Part shown: positions 53,365-64,000 of the stretch, in pieces
Numbering within the stretch: the first letter of the stretch is position 1
Layout of the letters: each line of letters opens with the position of its first letter
Assembly (NCBI GenBank): GCA_051294375.1
Contig: CM119267.1
Span: 4,695,885-4,759,884 of the forward strand
Length of the DNA: 64,000 nucleotides
Direction: 5' to 3'
From: Paraspadella gotoi
Lineage: Eukaryota > Animalia > Chaetognatha
Made by a program: the position numbers and the translations under genes
Notes under the pieces: model-generated
What the model saw: only the letters and a program-made list of their open reading frames with translations
Told to the model about the DNA's origin: nothing
Databases searched by the model: none

Positions 53365-56300
53365 ATGACGTCGTCGACGGGAGTGTCGGTGGAATGCCCG
53401 AAGAGCGCCGTCCCCGATTCCCTACCTTGTCCCCCCGAGGAAATGAACTTGTTCCAAGCGACGCAGTTCGGTTACTTCGATCGCTGTCACGAGCTGATCG
53501 AGTCCCGAAACGTCGACGTCAATCGTCCCGACAACGAAGACTGTTATCCCCTGCACTGGGCCGCCCTCAACAACTCGATGTATTTGATCGAGTACGTTTT
53601 ATAGTTTATGTTTTGGTTAACGAATTTAACAGTTTTGTAATTGTATTAGTCGAATCAAGAAAGCAATCAATCAGTCAATCATTTAACTCAATCCACTTAC
53701 TTTGCCCTAGTTTTGGAGAAAGTGGTTTAAATTGGATTAATTAAATATATTAAATTATATTCTTTATTCTTTTCGTTTGTTACGTATTTATACTATATGT
53801 AAGATGTGTATGGATTCCATACACATCTTACATATAGTATAAATACGTAACAAACGAAAAGAATAAAGAACTATGGAAATTAACAAATATTGAAACATGT
53901 TTAATGTATTTATTTTTATGATAAAATTGATAAAATATATACCAATAAAATATATACCAATTTCATAAACTAACCATTTATTCAATAATCTTGCCCTTTT
54001 CTCCCAGCCGATGTCTTTTTGTCTTGCTTTTGTTGCTTGTTTTTTGCGAGTTCGTAGATTTTTAAAATCTTTACTACCGGCCCGCCGCAGTTACTTCATC
54101 GGCAAGGGCGCCATCGTTGATCAACCCGGGGGAATCCTCAACAGCACGCCCCTCCACTGGGCCGTACGGACGGGTCATCTAGGAACGGTGGTCATCTTAG
54201 TTCTACGCGGCGCGGATCCACTCCTCACCGATTCCGACGGACTTAACGCTCTCATGCTTTCCGCCGCCTACGGACACACCCACTGCCTCGCCTACTTTAT
54301 CGCTAAGTTAGGTGGGAGAAGGGAAGGAAATCTCGCTACATTTTGTTTCATCACTTTACAAAACGCATTCGTTTGCTTTCTCAAAGGCGATTTGGCGAAT
54401 TTAGACGACCAGGACAACCTCGGCCGTACTGTGGCAACGTGGGCAGCTTCTCGTAATTGTAAACCGGACCCGATTCGATTGCTCGCCTTTTACGGCGCCG
54501 ATTTCCGGATCCCAGACGCTGAAGGAAAGACTCCTCTTCATTGGACAATCATCTGCCGTTGCCCGCGGGCAGCGAGAGCCATCGTTGCCACTGGTAGTCT
54601 AGTAGATCGCAAGTAAAATTGGAGAATTTTCTTTTTTTAATTAAATTTTTATAATTTTTAACTCTTTCAAATTTATTTCGAGAAAGTTTGCTTGTTTTAT
54701 AAGAAAACTAAAAGTCAATGTCATTACAAAAATTTGTTTATTTCTTTTTTCTCACCGTTCTTACGTTTTACACCGCCTCACACTGATAATCGTTCAGCCA
54801 ATACCATTGGCTCAAAGGGGGAACACACCATCCCAGGCTTTGTGTTCCATCCACAGTCCTAACGACTTCCTTCTGCCTTAGCAAAGCGAGACCGTCCTAG
54901 GTTAACCGCGCCCGTGATATGAAGCGTCACTCAGGGTCGGAACCTCCCCAAGCCAACTGTCTGATGTCCCATCCCAACGACATCATAGGCAACCCGTCTT
55001 TTGCCATACTCCTTTATTTACAATCCTTTTTTAAAGAAAAGTTCGAGCCTCTCTCCCCGGCCAACGATTTCCGCACCCCCATCGACTTCGCTCTCGAGAC
55101 GAAACAAAAGAGCATCGCCAACCTCCTGCGCCTCATCGTCTGGCGGCGGGACCGACGAAGCGGCGCCGGCGGCAAGTCCCGTCTCCAGTGCCTCTTAAAC
55201 GAAGTGCGATACAACGAAGATTTACAAGCTAAATACGTCTCCTGCGCTCCGTGTTTCCTCTTTCTCTTCGTGGGTACGGTTTGTGCTGAGGGGTGAAAAG
55301 GCCATCGCTATTCCACGAACCGAGTCCATTTCGCTCTAGGGTTGGTGCTCGAGAGTGAGATGTCCTTCCCGATGAAAATGAGTCTCATCGTCGGCTACAA
55401 CGTCGTCTTTCACGGCCCCTTGATCCTCTTCGCTTCGACGAAGGCCATTGTTACTCGTCTCCCCATCGCCTTCACCATGTCCATCATGTTTTGGCTCTAT
55501 TTCACGTTTTTCTATTTCAGGTGCGGTTAAATTGAGACTTTAATGATAAGTAAGGATTTGATTGGGAGATCGATTACTTTCGATTTGATTTAAATTTCTT
55601 TCAGTTTTCCGATTCGTAATTACATGATATTCTTCGAAATCGTAATGTGGGTGGGTCTTCCGTCTATGCCAATTTTAACTTACCTCGTCGTCAAATCGAA
55701 CCCGGGCCATTTAAAGAGCAACCGGAAGGAAGGAAAAGAAGCCGTCAACAGAGAAATCGTTAACATTTGCGAAATCCCTAACTGGGATGGTAAGTTTATT
55801 TAGTTAATATTGCTTTATAAATTATTGGTTAGTAAAATAACTTAGTTCGTGAAATGACTATTTTCAGACTCTTCTTACGCTATGGAAGACTTTTGTCACA
55901 CTTGTATGGTTCGAAAGCCCTTGCGCACGCATCACTGTAGCGTGTGCGACAAATGTGTGGTCCGTTTCGATCATCACTGTCCTTGGATTAACAATTGCGT
56001 CGGGTTGGACAATGTCCTTTTATTTTTTCTTTACCTCGTCTTCATGCTGGGTCATCTCGCGTGGGCGATGCACGGACATGTTATATACGCGGTAATAGAC
56101 GGACTTTTGTTTAAATCAGATTTCTCCTTCGCCCAATTCATCACTTTCCCTGCAGATGACCAAAATAAAAGCGCCCCTGGTGTGGAGCGGCGACCTCTAT
56201 GACCTCGACAAGCTGGCCAGGGAGAGTTTCGTCGCCTATCGAACTTTGGCTCAGGCTTCGCCCTGGAACATTTTCTGTTTCACCTGCTGCTGCGTCTTTT

Positions 56301-56778
56301 TCCATCTAGTCATCGGCCTCTTTCTCTCCCAAGTAAAAAGGACTTACTTGAGGTTGATCATTGAGGAAAGTCTATGAGCCGTCGGGTTTGAGAAGGAAGA
56401 AGAAATATAACGCTCCACGCATTTTTACAGTTGGTCTCGGCGTTCATGAACCAGACGGCCTCCGAAAGAGTCAAATACATCAAGAGGCGCATCGTCCAGG
56501 GAAAAAACGATAAAGACTCGAATCCTTTCGGTCGCGGAGGATACTTGCAAAATTTTGTGGATATGTTCGGGATTAAGTTGCCGCTTTTGCCGAAGCCGTC
56601 AACGATTGGTTGGTATGTGGGTTGGTTTTATTCTCGGTCACCTTTTTACTTTCCGCGTTGCGGTTCTTCAGATTGGGCACGTTGCTACACGATGCATGAT
56701 TTGGAGTCGCAGACAAACGAATGCGGTTGCAAGCATAAGCAAATTAAGCATTCCGCGATGACTGGAAAACTCGCTTGA
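53365..56778 (+). CDS. ZDHHC17: Ankyrin-repeat DHHC palmitoyltransferase HIP14 (ZDHHC17/13 family), about 10 exons
   Basis: [41 protein letters not shown] ankyrin repeats; TM segments; NPG; [38 protein letters not shown]; NQTASER; [12 protein letters not shown]. Splice phases are consistent. Confidence 0.92.
54770..55000 (-). mobile_element. Putative 5'-truncated SINE-like or structured repeat fragment in a HIP14 intron
   Basis: GC-rich island with several hairpins inside an AT-rich intron. The minus strand (gggttgcctatgatgtcgttgggatgggacatc...gaccctg...ggttaacc...cagaaggaagtcgttaggactgtggatgg) resembles, from memory only, the body of an animal SINE family; no tRNA head or TSD seen. Confidence 0.4.
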
Positions 56779-57078
56779 TTCGAAACGGGACTTGCGTTTT
56801 AGAGATTTGTTTTAAACACAATGTCTGTTTAATAAAAAAATAGTACGTTCTTAACTTGTATTTCTTTACTAATTATTAGCGAAAAACCCTCGCATGTATT
56901 TTGCCCTTCATCTTGGGTTTTTAGCAAATGAAAGTAGCCGTGAAGCGAAATATACCCGTATGTAAATGTAATACAACTAAATAAATTATATAACAAAAAT
57001 AACAATAATAACAACAAACGATAACAAAAAATAATCAAGTCAATTATATTAAAACGAAGAAAAAAGTTAAAAGTAGCT

Positions 57079-60000
57079 TCAGCTTCGTTTAACAGAAAAG
57101 AATCCCGGGCGCGTTAACGAAGAATTTGGAACGTTGCTTGGTCGTCGCATCGATCGCGTCTCCGTCGGTCGCTCTGCGTCCGCAGGTCGTTCACCGTGAA
57201 CCTCGATTCTGGTGAGGAGTTCATAAGTGTCTCTCTTGTGATGATTGGATTTCAATAAGTAGTATATTTTATTGTGCATTTAGTAAGTGTTGAAAAAGAG
57301 CAAAAAGCTGCCTTTACAATTACATTATACGTTTTCATTACCTGTTGTCGCGAAAGTTTTCTGTACCTTCCACTGTCAAGAAGATGAAGCAGATAAGCAT
57401 GTTTTAGTTATTACTTTTAGTGACTTCGTAGTTTGTAAGACAACTCGCAAAAATTTTGTTACCGTTATTTCCGCGCAGTGAGCTTTGCCGGTTTCTGGGC
57501 ATGGGGATTTGCAATATTTTTAAGTTACATTTTTTTTTACGTTTTTTTTCTTTTATAAAAATTGACCTCATGGCCGAGGTTCGGGCTACGCTGAGTTTTG
57601 AGCCGTCTTTGATGTCGGAAGACGTGGCAGGCGCTGTTTTCGTGTAGTATGGACGCTAGCAGAAAAATAACACTGAGGTTTGCAATTAACTGTGACGTGC
57701 GCTGTCATAATTTCTATTATTTACATCCCCCAAACCTGGAATCCTATCCTCCGGCCACTGTTACGAGTCACCGAGCGCGTGACACTTCGCTGCGTTGCTT
57801 GATGCCACTGCTTGTCCACGTCATCGGCTGCTCGATATAGATATGTCCCTTTTTGGCATATTCTTCTTAGCCTAATCTTTTATTTCATCAGCCCTTACGT
57901 ATCATCGGCTCAGCGCAATGGACGCAAAGGTCAAAGAGACATTCAAAGCAGACGAGACGTCCCACGTTGGCGTTGTCGTTCTTCACGCTTTTGTGACAAT
58001 TATCGCAGGTCCAGACCGTATCTTGGGGGTAATTTACGGCTGTGTATTCCAACTCGTGACCGTTCGGGCACCGCACGCCTTTTCGAAAAATAAAAAAAAA
58101 CGTTCGCATTTAAAAAAAGAAGAAAGATTTCGCAATCGGCCACGAACGTTTCGCTCACCATTTCCGGACATGAGGCAGGCGTCGCACAGACTATACTCGC
58201 AGTAAAAGCAAGCGCTTCTCTTTTCGTTTTGCGAGACTTTCTTGCAGACGTCGCAGGTCCACTCGGTCCTTTTCGAATAATTGAGCGAGGAGTGGACCAA
58301 AGGGTGGCCCTTTGCGCATCGCGGTGCTGAAGTGGGAAGAGTCGAGAACGAAGTGAGAATCTAAAGTCATCACGAGTCGATCATATCCTCATAGATACTC
58401 ACGTGCCGGTTGTCCGACCGTCGAACCGGGGTCTATCCCGCCTTTGCGGACCACGGAAGTGTTTCCTCCGACCGTCTCTTGAGTCTGGGAGCCTCTAGTC
58501 AATGACCTGGGACCTCGCGCCACGGACCCGCCCGTCCACGTCAAAGTCTTCGTATCCACGGAGCCGTGACGCGGCAAGCTAACCGACGAGTTGGTCCTTT
58601 TCAGACTTGGGACCGTCGTAGTGACGGAGGAACGGCGTCTCAGGTTGGCGTCGCTTTATTTGAGGAAATAAAAACACGTGATTTTGGCATTCGACATTCG
58701 TTTTTAAGGCTAATTAAATTTTACTACGATAATTAGCTTTATTTCGGTTTATACGGCTTCTCTTTGCCAAATTTCCTGCTAGATTTTTTTTTTTTGCGTA
58801 GCTAGTTTTCTTGTTATGATTATTTTGTTTTTCTAATTCGCATCTAAATCGTTTAATAATTAGTGTTACCATGCGTTGTCTCCGTCTTCGTGTCAATTTG
58901 GTAAGTTCGTCGATCTTCCTCACCTTCGCCGTGTCAACGTCCGACGCAGAGTTTGGCCGAAGCTCTGGTGCGTGTCGATAATCTCCTGCAGCTCCTCCTG
59001 CTCTCTCCGTCTCTTGAGATCGAGCTCTTCCTCGTTGAGAGTTATGTTGTGCTTCAACTGTAAAACGGCACGTTCCCTCTAATCACTTCGTCCCTGGGAC
59101 GACCGCCGTTGTCGGCGCCATTACCCACCTGCAGCTCGATGTAATCCTTCAGGTTCTCCTGCCGTCCGCGATAATCCGCCAACTCCAGTTTATACTTCTC
59201 CTCCGCCCGTTTCTTTTTCGCCTGAATTTATTACTATTGCTATTTAGCATTGATAAACTTTTTTTTTTCGTTGTACTTAAAGCAGAAAAAAAAAAGGGAA
59301 AGGAATTTAAATCTGATTTTGGGCTAAATCCTTCCCCGCCTTCCTGATAAACGTCTCCCTCCCTTTTCCTTCCCGATTTAATGGCTGCAGCCATTTATGT
59401 AGAAAAGGGGCGTTTCTCGATGCTTAGTTCGAGGGTCCAAAATCCGTGGGGGGCCCCCCCGTTGGGGCTTCTCAGCCGGTTTGGGGATTTAAAAATTTAT
59501 AGGGGGTGTATCCTATATAAATTTTTTAAACATTTAAAAAAAAAAAAGAATATTTAAATGAAAAAATCTTAATAGGTTCTGACCTCGCGAAAAGAGCAGA
59601 TTCCAAAGTATATATATATATATATAGAATATATCTACTCTCGCCTCCGTGTCGCGAGCTCTTTCGCGCTTCGCCCTATGGCCGTCGACGCACATGCAAG
59701 CGGAGACGAGAATGCCCATCGTCCACATAATTATGCAAATCCAAATTCCGATGGAATCGTTGATCTTGATAGAAAATTAAAAAACCACACCGTGACCATT
59801 TCGATCGGGTTCGTGGGAACTGAGAATATTCACCGTGTCGGATTTGAGCCAATTTTGCTTCGGGATGGTGATGTCGTGATAATCGAGTTTAGGACAAAAC
59901 CGATCCAATTCACTCTCGCGCGTTAACGGATGGATTCGGCTGGAAATGAAATTGTTTGCTTGTTAATTCTATAATTTATAATCGAAATAAAGACGAAATT

Positions 60001-61869
60001 TGTGTTTATTAAGCTCAGCGACGCTCGATCGTTTACAAATTTATCAAACGACGACGACAAAACATTTAAACAATCCCCTACCCTCTCTCCAGAGGTTCCA
60101 TCGATCGATTGTTCCAATATCGGATTCCTCCGATGCTCTTGGGTTCGAAAAGAATCTTAATCGAGGCCTTCGTCAACCGAACGTGTGCTGGCGACTTTGT
60201 TTCAGCAGGTGGCGCAGCATAAGAGATGCGGACGCGTCCGTACGACAAGGTTCCTGCGCCGGAGGTCGGACAAATAGGTTTTACTTTTACGAGCTACGGC
60301 ACATGAGGCCTACGACCGCATTTTCTTTGTCAGTCTTACTTCTCGCCCGTTATTTCGTATTCGTTCATTATTGTTATGTGACTTTCTATTAAATGATTAA
60401 CGTCTATTCTTCGTGTCGAGTGTCCACCCCTCTCTTCCTCTTCCCAACCAACACGACCCAATCAACCCGCCCCATCCGCCATCCCCCATGGGTCCGCATT
60501 CGCCTGTAAATATTCGATGGTTGAAAGGATCGAGTTTTTCGGTGTTTTCGTCGAACGAACACCCTGACTCGAGTTTGGAGCAACGACATCGAAGGGTAAG
60601 CGAATATTCTTTCTGGTTCGAAGACCGGGTTTTCAAGAAGAAAAAAAAAGGAGAGAATAGCTTTTAGTTTTTCTTTCGGGAGGTTTCGTTCACCTCTTGG
60701 TTTTTCAAATGCGTCACGGCGTCGCTTTCAGAGGTTTTGATAGTCGTTCTGTCTATTGGTCGACAAAAGTCACATGGTCTTTACGTTTAGTTTCAAAAAT
60801 TTAAATTGTTAATTTTTTTTTAAAAAGAAGTAAAAAGTTAAAAGAAAAAAAAAAATTCTACCGAATTGGATTGGGCGGGATTCTGTTGCCACAACGCCAG
60901 ATTCGCGTCACATGGCAACGTGAGACGCAAGAGCTTGACGAAGAAGAATCGACCACCGTCATCTGTCGGTAGGATAAAAGGTAAGTTTATATTTCTTTGC
61001 CGAAGGAGGAGTCACGAACGAGTTGTGGGCGGAAAGCGAAGAAAACTCACCTGATCTAATTTTAAAAAAAAGAAAGGAAGACTCCCTCGCGTCGAACTCT
61101 TTTCTCCTAATCGAATTTCAAATTCCGATAAGGGTGTTTCGTTTCTTTTTTTTCTTTCTATCGTCTCTCTCTTGTCGTGTTTCCATTTTTTTTCCTTTTC
61201 CCTTTTCTTTCCTCCTTTTAAATTTTTTTTCCCTCTATACTTCTGTTTCCGCCATGACAATATGAATATCGTATATTTCTCCGTTTTTCGATTTTTTTCT
61301 TTTCAATTCGCACCTATTCTTTGATATATTATCTATAAATAGTTATTTTCTTTTCCCTATTTTCTACTCTCTCTCTCTCTTCTATTCTCATTTCTTTCCA
61401 TATATTCCGGAGGAAGCTTCGCCGTGAATTGCGATTCAATGTTCCAATTGGGATTTCGACTATTGACTCAAGTATTCAATTCCGATACCAGTTGTTTCGC
61501 ACCGTTAACGATTCTCGTAAATCTTTTTTGCTTCGAAGGTAAATTGAAATTCATCCCCTCAACCACCAAACCCCCGCCCCCCACCCGATCTTCGTTTTTA
61601 ACTTCCTTCCACCTTCACTCCCCCCACCCACCATTTTCTCATCCCTCACCACTTCCTGTCGACACGACGCCCTCGCATCGAGCGTTGGCGTTCTCAACGT
61701 CGAAGGTGACGTTTCTGGTTTCGAGAGCGACGATTTCTCTGCCGCCGCCGCTGCCGCCGCCGCCGCAAAATGAGGGGGTGTTTTTGACGATGGATGCTGC
61801 GGATATGAACCGGAAACAACAGTCGGTGCGAAAAAGGGTCAACAAAATGGTGACCAAGGACGAGTCCAT
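57079..61869 (-). CDS. Uncharacterised single-pass membrane protein with a cytosolic coiled coil and two tandem Cys/His zinc-binding (ZZ/C1-like) modules; exons 60293 to 57079 well supported, 5' exons tentative
   Basis: Phase-consistent exons 60293-60082, 59939-59834, 59764-59639 (TM: IGIWICIIMWTMGILVSACMCV), 59221-59129, 59057-58924, 58653-58403, 58326-58159, 58078-57899, 57848-57736, 57655-57567 and three small exons to the stop at 57079. Candidate first exon 61869-61650 encodes a signal-like MDSSLVTILLTLF. Confidence 0.62.
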
Positions 61870-62654
61870 TATTTTTTGTTTTTGAAAACGGTTCGTTTTT
61901 CGTTGGGCGATAATCGGATAATTTTAGCTTCAAATTTTAGAAGAAATAAAAAAATAACTCGTCATTTTTCTATTAGTATTACGAAGCCTTCTTATTATGC
62001 GATAATATCTATAAGTAAATTGTTGTACGTTTTTTTTTGTCTCCTTTAAACTAACACAGAAAAAGGGTAAATTTCAGACGCCAATTTTAAAAAAATATTT
62101 TTATCTCGATTCGCAGCGATTTTCCCTGCCTTTTTTTATATTTTTCTTTTTATTTATTTTTATCCCAAGAAGTCACTTGAGGCGTGCGCCCAATTTCGAC
62201 CAGGAACTCTCTCGACTTTTTACTTCTCTTTCCGAGACGAAATTGATGAAAACGTTTAATCAACTACCCAATATAATATTGCAATGTTAACAAGAACAAT
62301 TTTTAACAAGATATATTATATAGATAATAAAGTTCAATAATACTTAAGAAGGAAAAAAAAAATAATCGTATCATTAAATTGGAATTTCTTTTCGGTTTTG
62401 TTTTTAAGTATAAACAAGATTTCAACTCTTGGGGGTTAACGGACTAGCAAAAAAAAAAAAAGAAGCGTGATTGTTATACATCGAAAATGCCTTTTAAAAA
62501 GCGGCGAATAAAGAAAATTTCAAAAAAGGGGGAAAAAAAAAATCGATCATCGACGCGGAACGAAGAGCGATAACGCGATTCTTTTTATTGCATGCGCTAC
62601 GTGCGTTTGCACGCGGATTTCTTTTTAAAGCCAAGCCCGATCGCCCTTGATCCG

Positions 62655-63104
62655 TCAGTCTTTGTAACGCCGACGAAGGAAGGACGTCTTCCCGTGCTTG
62701 GAGCCGAGCGGACCGTCCACGTCGTCGAGGCGTTTCGTTTTGTGCGCTTCGTCCTTTTCGTCCTGAGGGGGGGGGGAAGAGGGAGAGTTGCGGTGAAAAC
62801 GACTTAGTTTGTTAAATAAAACAATATTTTATTAATCCAATAGCTAAAACGTAGAAAGCAAAATAGAAACTCTTAAAATTTCAACGAGTTTGCGCGAGCG
62901 TTATTCTCCATGCGACCGCTCCCCGATAATCACCAAGAATTGGTTCCACATGATCTCCATGACATGTTCCACGACGTCCCGTCCCACGTTCATCTTCATG
63001 AGTTCGAGACAGAAAAGTCCGTCGCGTCGGAGATACTCTTCGCTGAAGAGGTTGAGGTCATCGTTGGCCGAACTGTCCAGGCCGAGCGGGGCTTCGAGGT
63101 GTGC
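62655..63104 (-). CDS. Innexin (gap-junction protein), last two coding exons 63104-62934 and 62762-62655; remainder outside window
   Basis: Translation AHLEAPLGLDSSANDDLNLFSEEYLRRDGLFCLELMKMNVGRDVVEHVMEIMWNQFL|DEKDEAH...RRRYKD* matches the innexin C-terminal F..YLR.DG.F.L....N.G..V.......W motif; clean AG/GT boundaries in phase 0. Not present in the supplied ORF track. Confidence 0.8.
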
Positions 63105-63513
63105 CTGTTTGTGGGGGGAACAGTGAATATTAAGTGCGTTTTTTAATTGTAACGATTCGATATCTTTAAAAATATTTATTTTACTTTAAAAATACCAAAT
63201 AAGATAAAGTATTACAATTCTTAATACGTTAAATATAACATTGCTATTGACCCTGGCCTCTTCTTGTTCTACCCTAGTAAAAAAAAATGGGGAGGGGGGG
63301 GTAAAATGTGTCAGGAGTCGCAACGAGTTGGCTTTATGGGAGATAATAAAAATTGGAAATCGTCGAAATCTGGGAAACGCGATAGAATTTAGCGGGGGGG
63401 GGCGTGGGGGGAGGAGGAAGAAGACTGAAAAGAGCGAAGGATCCTTTTTAGTCGTCGTTATCTTTTTTTTTTTTTCAATGGCTTCCTTCCCATTTCCTCG
63501 TTTTAACGGTCGG

Positions 63514-63615
<102 letters not shown>

Positions 63616-64000
63616 CAACGTCAGTTCAATATTCGGTCGGTCAATAGAAACATTTGTTTTTTCTCAACATGGAATCCTGTTTTCAGTTATAACTAGAAAA
63701 TCTATTAACTACCAACCTTTAATTTCGTTGTAAATTTACGTATTCTTTTTATTTTTACTCGTAAAGCTATGAGAGGAAAAAATGCGGTGAGCCAAGCCTC
63801 TTTTCTCTCCTTGCAACTTCGCATAATGCAAGAAGTTTTATTCATTAAAAAAACGTCAGCTTTTGAAGAGTTGGCAAAACTTGCGCGAGTGAAAGAAAAA
63901 AATATGATTTTATTTCCGGTTTGCAATTGCTAGTAGTCGTAGATTTTATTTTCAAAATCCGATATCGTTAATCCGATATTAAAAAAAAAAGGACAACGCA

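Noticed and set aside
54901-54990. Twister or hammerhead ribozyme (cccaagcc, ctgatg motifs)
   Set aside because: The required stems and catalytic-core residues (CUGAUGA...GAAA; P4 pairing) are absent.
59381-59520. 14-bp palindrome atggctgcagccat and adjacent G/C-run segment as a MITE
   Set aside because: No matching terminal inverted repeat or target-site duplication found; intronic.

Overview
Gene-dense, intron-rich animal DNA with short AT-rich introns and mostly C/G-ending codons. It is probably a non-arthropod protostome: the Plexin A is Drosophila-like, while the innexin C-terminus has the YLRxDG motif of nematode/spiralian innexins. Hand-spliced gene models, in order: 3' end of a Thr-rich protein; Smoothened; ceramide-1-phosphate transfer protein (CPTP); a very large SETD2 whose frame is broken inside a 24-bp tandem array; Plexin A; CLASRP; an FHA + novel-repeat + SLIP-GC/NUGGC dynamin-like GTPase; a minus-strand ionotropic receptor lacking the amino-terminal domain; ZDHHC17/HIP14; an unrecognised minus-strand single-pass membrane protein with two cytosolic Cys/His zinc-binding modules; and the 3' end of an innexin. 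The strongest novelty candidates are the FHA-repeat-GTPase, the membrane/zinc-finger protein, the minimal ionotropic receptor and a possible non-AUG membrane-anchored CPTP isoform. Exon boundaries were inferred manually from splice dinucleotides, phase and recalled homology; no database searches were run.
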